Below, one piece after another: positions 59,281 to 64,000 of a DNA stretch of 64,000 nucleotides. The notes beneath the pieces are model-generated. The model did no database searches. It had not been told where the DNA came from and saw only the letters and a list, made by a program, of their open reading frames with translations. The DNA comes from Thermoanaerobaculia bacterium (GTDB lineage Bacteria > Acidobacteriota > Thermoanaerobaculia > Multivoradales > UBA5704): assembly GCA_045807625.1 (NCBI GenBank), contig JBJMHA010000041.1, positions 201,228-265,227 on the forward strand. The letters run 5' to 3'. The stretch's first letter is position 1. Each line of letters opens with the position of its first letter. A program made the position numbers and the translations under genes.

Positions 59281-61554
59281 ATGCTCAAGCCGCGCGTCCT
59301 GGCGTGCGCTCTGGGGCTCTCCATCTCCCTGGTGGGGTGCCGGCGGAGCGGCGTCCAGGGCTGTCTCGACCTGACCGCGTCACACCGCTATGCGGCGGCC
59401 GCGAAGCGCTGCGGAGAGGTCTACTACGCGGCCGGGAGGGATCCCCGCGCGGGGGCGGCGGCCGCCCAGTCCCATTACGCCCTCCGGCACGAGGACGAGG
59501 TCCTGACCTGGGTCGACCGGCTGGCCCGGGAGAAGAGGGTCTCCCCCGGCGTCTGGAGCCTGGCGGCGTCCGTACAGGAGCGGCAGGGGCGGCTCGAAGA
59601 GGCGGAGAGGGACTACCGGCGCGATGTCGCCGTGTGCCGCGCCGCGGGCGACCACGCCCGAGCGGCGGACATCCTCTACCGGCTTTTCCACCTCTCCTGG
59701 GGACGGTCCGGCTACCGCGCGACCTATCTCCTCGCCAGCGAGTCCCTGCGGGAGGCGGTCGAGTCCCGGGACCCGAAGCTGCAGGCGTTCGCCGTGCAGG
59801 CGGTCTACACGGCCCTGTTCGAGGTCGGGGACCTGGACGGGGCGCGCAGAGCCCTGGACGCGGCCGCTCCCTGGATCGCGGGGCTCGATCGCCAGACGCA
59901 GGCCCGCTTCCTCAACAACCGGGGGACCGTGCTGGCCGCCCAGGGGCGTCCGGCGCTCGCCCGGCGCGAATTCGAGCGGGCGCTGGAGCTGGGGGCCGGG
60001 GGGACGCACGAGCTCTTCCGGGCGGTGCAGCTGAACCTGACCGAGGTCCTCCTCGACCTCGGCGAGACCGGCCGGGCGGCCGATCACCTGGCGGAGGCCT
60101 GGAAGCACGTGGAGCCCGGCCGGCCGCCCGCGGACTCCCTCTTCGATTACCAGGTGCGGATCGATCTCGCTCGCGGAGACCTCGCGCGGGCCGGCCGGGA
60201 TCTCGCCGCGGCCCTCGGCAACGAGCCGGATCCGGAGTGGGCCTGGGACCTGGAATACCGCCGGGGGCTCCTCGCCGAGGCCCGCGGCGATCTCCGGACG
60301 GCGGAGAGCGCCTATGAGAAGTCGGTCGGAATCGTCGAGGAGATGCGCCGGTCGCTCGCCTTCGACGATCTCAAGTCCTGGCTGCTGGACCGGAAGCGCG
60401 AGCCCTTCGAGGCCCTCTTCCGCCTGCGGGCCCGGTCGGGCCGCGCCCGGGAGGCCCTGGAGGTCGCGGACCGGGCGCAGGCCCGGACCTTCCTGGATGC
60501 CTTCCTCCAGGGCAGCTCGTCCGCCGGCGCCCCGCTCGAACGGCTGGAAGGCCTGGGCTCCCTGCTGCCGGCGATGAGCCAGTCCCCCGTGGCGGCTCCG
60601 CAGCCGATCGGCCAAGTGTTGAAAGCCTTCGGGGACCGCCACGGCCTGATCTACTTCGAGGCGGCGGACGACCTCTGGCGGATTGTGGTCGCGGGCGGGA
60701 AGGTCCGCCTCCAACCCGTGGCGGTCCGGGCTCCCGAGGTTCGCCGCCTGGCGGAGGAATTCCTCGCCCATCCGGAAGACGCCCGGAGGGCCGAACGGCT
60801 CGGGGAGCTCCTGCTGCCTCCGGGCTCCCTCCCGGAGAGAGGGCGGACGGTCTACGTGGCCGCCGACGGCATCCTGGGAAACCTCCCCTTCGCCGCCCTG
60901 CGCCGGGAAGGGCGGTATCTGGTGGAGGACCGCCCGCTGGTCTCGGTGCCTTCCTTGAGCGCGCTGGCCGCCCTCGAAAAGCCCCGGGGAGAGGCCGCCG
61001 AGTCCTCCCTGGTGCTGGCGGACCCGCGCGGCGACCTGCCCGCCGCGATGGCCGAGGGGAGGGACGTGGCGAGGCTCCTGGGCTGCCCCGTGCGGACGGG
61101 CCGGGAAGCGACCGCCGGGGAGATGCGGCGCGCCTCGCGGGCGCGGGCCCTCCACCTGGCGACCCACGCCGGGCTGGGCCCTCGCGGCTCCTGGCTCGAG
61201 CTCGCCGGCGGCCAAGTGAGCGCCAGCGAGATCGTGGCCGGCCGGATCGGGCCTCGCTTGGTGGTGCTCGCGAGCTGCGCCTCCGGAGCCCGGCCGGGCC
61301 GCCAGATGTGGGGGTCTCTGGGCGCCTCCTTCCTGGCGGCGGGGAGCCGGTCCGTCCTGGCCTCGCTCTGGTCGGTCGAGGACGCGCCCACCCGCGAGCT
61401 CATCCTCGGTTTCTATTCGGAAGGGGGGACCTCGGACCCCGCCGGCGCGCTGGCCCGCGCGCAACGTGTTGCGATCGGCCGGGGTCTGTCGCCTAAGATC
61501 TGGGCCCCCTTCGTGCTCCTGGGGTCCGACCGGCCTCTGGACGAAGCTCCTTGA
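59281..61554 (+). CDS. CHAT-domain (caspase-like) lipoprotein with N-terminal TPR repeats
   Basis: Lipobox LVGC. TPR region. C-terminal CHAT region with His/Cys dyad context (LHLATHAG ... LVVLASCASG). Confidence 0.75.
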   Translation: MLKPRVLACALGLSISLVGCRRSGVQGCLDLTASHRYAAAAKRCGEVYYAAGRDPRAGAAAAQSHYALRHEDEVLTWVDRLAREKRVSPGVWSLAASVQERQGRLEEAERDYRRDVAVCRAAGDHARAADILYRLFHLSWGRSGYRATYLLASESLREAVESRDPKLQAFAVQAVYTALFEVGDLDGARRALDAAAPWIAGLDRQTQARFLNNRGTVLAAQGRPALARREFERALELGAGGTHELFRAVQLNLTEVLLDLGETGRAADHLAEAWKHVEPGRPPADSLFDYQVRIDLARGDLARAGRDLAAALGNEPDPEWAWDLEYRRGLLAEARGDLRTAESAYEKSVGIVEEMRRSLAFDDLKSWLLDRKREPFEALFRLRARSGRAREALEVADRAQARTFLDAFLQGSSSAGAPLERLEGLGSLLPAMSQSPVAAPQPIGQVLKAFGDRHGLIYFEAADDLWRIVVAGGKVRLQPVAVRAPEVRRLAEEFLAHPEDARRAERLGELLLPPGSLPERGRTVYVAADGILGNLPFAALRREGRYLVEDRPLVSVPSLSALAALEKPRGEAAESSLVLADPRGDLPAAMAEGRDVARLLGCPVRTGREATAGEMRRASRARALHLATHAGLGPRGSWLELAGGQVSASEIVAGRIGPRLVVLASCASGARPGRQMWGSLGASFLAAGSRSVLASLWSVEDAPTRELILGFYSEGGTSDPAGALARAQRVAIGRGLSPKIWAPFVLLGSDRPLDEAP

Positions 61555-61566
61555 AGGAGGAAAGAC

Positions 61567-62049
61567 ATGTCGATTCGCAGGCTCGCGGCCGTTCTTCTCT
61601 TCCCCCTCGGTTTCTGCAGCGCCTTCCTGGTGAGGTCGCGGGCTGCCGACGTGACGGCCCGGGAGGGGACGATCGTCGGAAAGCTGAGATACAAGGAGAC
61701 GGGGACGGATTTACAGTTGATCCATCCGGCGGATGACAAGGTGAGCTATCTGGTCATCGTGGCGGAGAAGGGGAAGGCTGCCGCCCCCCGGGTCGCGTAC
61801 CCGAACGGGGATCTGACGCTCCGCAAGACGGACGTCCAAGTTGTGGGCATCTACCAGGTGATCCCCGTCGCCACGGTCCGGCTCCCCAGGCCCAGCCCGA
61901 GCTCCATTCCCGACATCCTGAAGTGCAGGCCTTCGTACTGTCCGTTGCCGCCGGATCCCGGCCCTCCCCCGGGCCCGGGCCCGATCCCGATCCAATACTC
62001 CTACCAGTTCCTGCGGGACCCGTCGGTCCTGCCCAAGCCGGGCCGGTAG
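61567..62049 (+). CDS. secreted hypothetical protein, Pro-rich C-terminus
   Basis: Signal peptide. No family recognised. Confidence 0.45.
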   Translation: MSIRRLAAVLLFPLGFCSAFLVRSRAADVTAREGTIVGKLRYKETGTDLQLIHPADDKVSYLVIVAEKGKAAAPRVAYPNGDLTLRKTDVQVVGIYQVIPVATVRLPRPSPSSIPDILKCRPSYCPLPPDPGPPPGPGPIPIQYSYQFLRDPSVLPKPGR

Positions 62050-62054
62050 ACTTC

Positions 62055-62648
62055 ATGCTGTCCCTGGTCCACGAGCCTGCCCGTACCGCTCCCGATCCGG
62101 AGCGGGAGGCGCTCGCCGCTCTGGACCAGGGCCGCTTCGACGACGTGCTCGCCATCCTGATGCGGGCCTACGGCACCGCCGTCTACCGCCACTGCCGGCA
62201 GATGACCGGGGAGGAGGACCTCGCCCAGGAGGCGCACCAGATGACCTTCGTGCAGGCCCACGAGGGGCTGCCGAGGTTCTCCCGCCGCTCGTCGCTGCGG
62301 ACCTGGCTGCTCGGCATCGCCCGCCACCGCTGCCTGGACCTCCTCAAGATGGACCGCCGGCGGCGCCAGCGCTTCAGCCCGATCGAGGATGTGAGCGAGC
62401 CGCCCGTGCCGGACGGCGGGGCGGAGGACCGGCTGGCCGGGCGCTCCCTCGCCCGCGCCCTGGCGAGCTGCCTGCGAGGGCTGGCGCCCCGCGCGCGGGA
62501 CGCCGTCCTGCTGCGCTTCCAGCAGGGGCTGTCGTACCCGGAGATCGCCCGCCAGTCGGGCGAAAAGGCGCCGGCGCTGCAGATCCGGGTCTCCCGCGCC
62601 CTGCCGCTCCTGCGCCGCTGCCTGGAGGGGAAGGGGGTGGTGCCGTGA
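62055..62648 (+). CDS. ECF (sigma-24 type) RNA polymerase sigma factor
   Basis: Region 2 (RTWLLGIARHRCLDLLK) and region 4 (LSYPEIARQSGEKAPALQIRVSRA) signatures. Confidence 0.8.
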   Translation: MLSLVHEPARTAPDPEREALAALDQGRFDDVLAILMRAYGTAVYRHCRQMTGEEDLAQEAHQMTFVQAHEGLPRFSRRSSLRTWLLGIARHRCLDLLKMDRRRRQRFSPIEDVSEPPVPDGGAEDRLAGRSLARALASCLRGLAPRARDAVLLRFQQGLSYPEIARQSGEKAPALQIRVSRALPLLRRCLEGKGVVP

Positions 62649-63283
62649 GCTGCGACCGGTTCGACGCCGAGGCCGTCCTCCTCCTGGAGCGGGGCCTGCC
62701 CCTCGACGAGCACTTCTCGATCTGTCCGGACTGCCTCGCCGCCCGGTCGGCCCACGACCGGTTGCGGGCCGGGATCGCCGGGTTGGGGGAGGAGGACGAG
62801 CCCCCCGCCGGCTGGCAGGCCCGGGTCTGGGAGCGCATCGAGCAGCGGCGGGAACGCCGGCGCTCGTGGCGTCAATGGTGGTGGGTGGTGCCGGCGGGCG
62901 CGGCCGCTACGCTCGCCGCCTTCCTCCTCGTCCGCTCTCCGGGACCGCGCCCGCCCTCCCTGCTCGCCGAGGTGCAGGCCGGGGACACCGTCCGGCGTGG
63001 CTCAGAGGCACAGCCGGGAGACCGCCTGCGGCTTCAGGCGACCACGAATGGCGCACCGTATGCCGAGATGCGGGTCTACCGTAACGACAGCGAGCTGGTC
63101 CTGCGCTGCTCGGCGGAGCGTCCCTGTACCCTCCTGCTCGATGCCATAGGGCGGTATCAGCCCCTCCTGCTGCTGTCCCGGAAGCCGCTCCCCGCCATGG
63201 CTTCCGGTCTGGAGACCGACACCCGCGCCGCGCTGGCGGCCGGCGCCGAGGTCCAACTCGGTCCGGAGGTCACGGTCCGCTGA
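62645..63283 (+). CDS. anti-sigma factor (zinc-finger, single TM)
   Basis: H-x3-C-x2-C (HFSICPDC) ZAS-like motif. TM WWWVVPAGAAATLAAFLLV. Overlaps the sigma gene stop. Confidence 0.6.
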   Translation: MSCDRFDAEAVLLLERGLPLDEHFSICPDCLAARSAHDRLRAGIAGLGEEDEPPAGWQARVWERIEQRRERRRSWRQWWWVVPAGAAATLAAFLLVRSPGPRPPSLLAEVQAGDTVRRGSEAQPGDRLRLQATTNGAPYAEMRVYRNDSELVLRCSAERPCTLLLDAIGRYQPLLLLSRKPLPAMASGLETDTRAALAAGAEVQLGPEVTVR

Positions 63284-63384
63284 TCCCGTTGTTGTGATTC
63301 GTCTCCCCGCGTCGCCTCAAGTAGCGAAAGGATTAGCTCGCAGCGAGCGGTCCTCAATCACAACAAAGTGACAGGAGAAAAATC

Positions 63385-63864
63385 ATGAGCAACCGGAATC
63401 GCACGATGGTGGTAGCTTGCCTGACCCTGGCCCTGTTCTGTCTGCCCTGTCTGGGGGACGAGTACGTCGATCCCACTCCGCCGCAGACGGGCCCGACGGC
63501 GGTGCGCGGCATGCACGCCTGTGAAGAGGCGCACCTCGCCACCGGGATTCACGTGGGGAGCAACCTTCTGCTCTGCAACAGCAGCTTCACCACCCCCGAC
63601 GGAGCGAGGTCGCGGATCGTGGACCACAACACGGCGATCACCCTTGGCGGGCTCAGCATGCACGCCTGCCCTCCGGGATTCGCGGTCAAGGGAGTGCACG
63701 TCGGCGACAACCTGCTGGTCTGCGAGCGCGCCAATATCGACGACGCGCGCGCGATGGCGGACTCGGCCACCCAGCGCAACGGCATGCATGCCTGCCCGGC
63801 CGGCATGCTGATGAAGGGGCTGCACGTCGGCCGTAACGTCCTCGCCTGTGTGCCGACCCGATGA
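63385..63864 (+). CDS. secreted protein with three tandem ~35-aa Cys/His repeats
   Basis: Signal peptide. Repeats GMHACEEAHLATGIHVGSNLLLC, SMHACPPGFAVKGVHVGDNLLVC and GMHACPAGMLMKGLHVGRNVLAC. Confidence 0.55.
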   Translation: MSNRNRTMVVACLTLALFCLPCLGDEYVDPTPPQTGPTAVRGMHACEEAHLATGIHVGSNLLLCNSSFTTPDGARSRIVDHNTAITLGGLSMHACPPGFAVKGVHVGDNLLVCERANIDDARAMADSATQRNGMHACPAGMLMKGLHVGRNVLACVPTR

Positions 63865-64000
63865 TCCGCGAGGCCGCCTCGGCGGATCGCCGGGGCGGGC
63901 CCTCCCCATCACCGCAGGAAGAAAGCCAGCTCTTCCAGATTGATCCGCAGGTCGACGTTCTTCAACGGCACGTCGGTACGGCGTTTGACGCGCACGGGGG

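Overview
High-GC (~68%) bacterial chromosomal window. Protein families and TTG/GTG start usage look Acidobacteria-like (guess from memory, not searched). Most of the window is ordinary dense housekeeping and envelope genes. These include prfB with its programmed +1 frameshift, lnt, a stomatin/NfeD pair, class I aldolase, an aconitase-family enzyme, MFS transporter, porin, M48 and M28 peptidases, ECF sigma/anti-sigma, a CHAT protease, a VapBC pair, and two patatin-like lipases. The unusual part is 3.7-13.2 kb. An MdnC/MvdD-like ATP-grasp gene sits downstream of two short precursor-peptide-like ORFs. About 1.4 kb further on, convergently oriented, are two more short ORFs with Cys-rich C-terminal cores. 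Three of the four end their N-terminal region in Gly-Gly (the fourth ends ...KATGS) and pairs of them share an L-[SA]-R-E leader motif. Together they look like a graspetide-type ribosomal peptide (RiPP) locus with an unusual precursor set. The same 10 kb is packed with repeats: a ~20-bp motif (tcgaagaGGGTGGCACCTGTT) occurs at least 11 times, and ~385-bp repeat units are bounded by it. There is a 7-unit hairpin array, a 43-bp tandem repeat, a degenerate higB next to an intact higA, and an AT-rich ~1-kb island. Elsewhere there are MITE-like palindromic elements, a truncated P-type ATPase remnant, a low-GC TIR-like gene fragment, and several degenerate repeat tracts. Many long ORFs in the six-frame track are antisense or composite artefacts of the high GC content and are not reported as genes.
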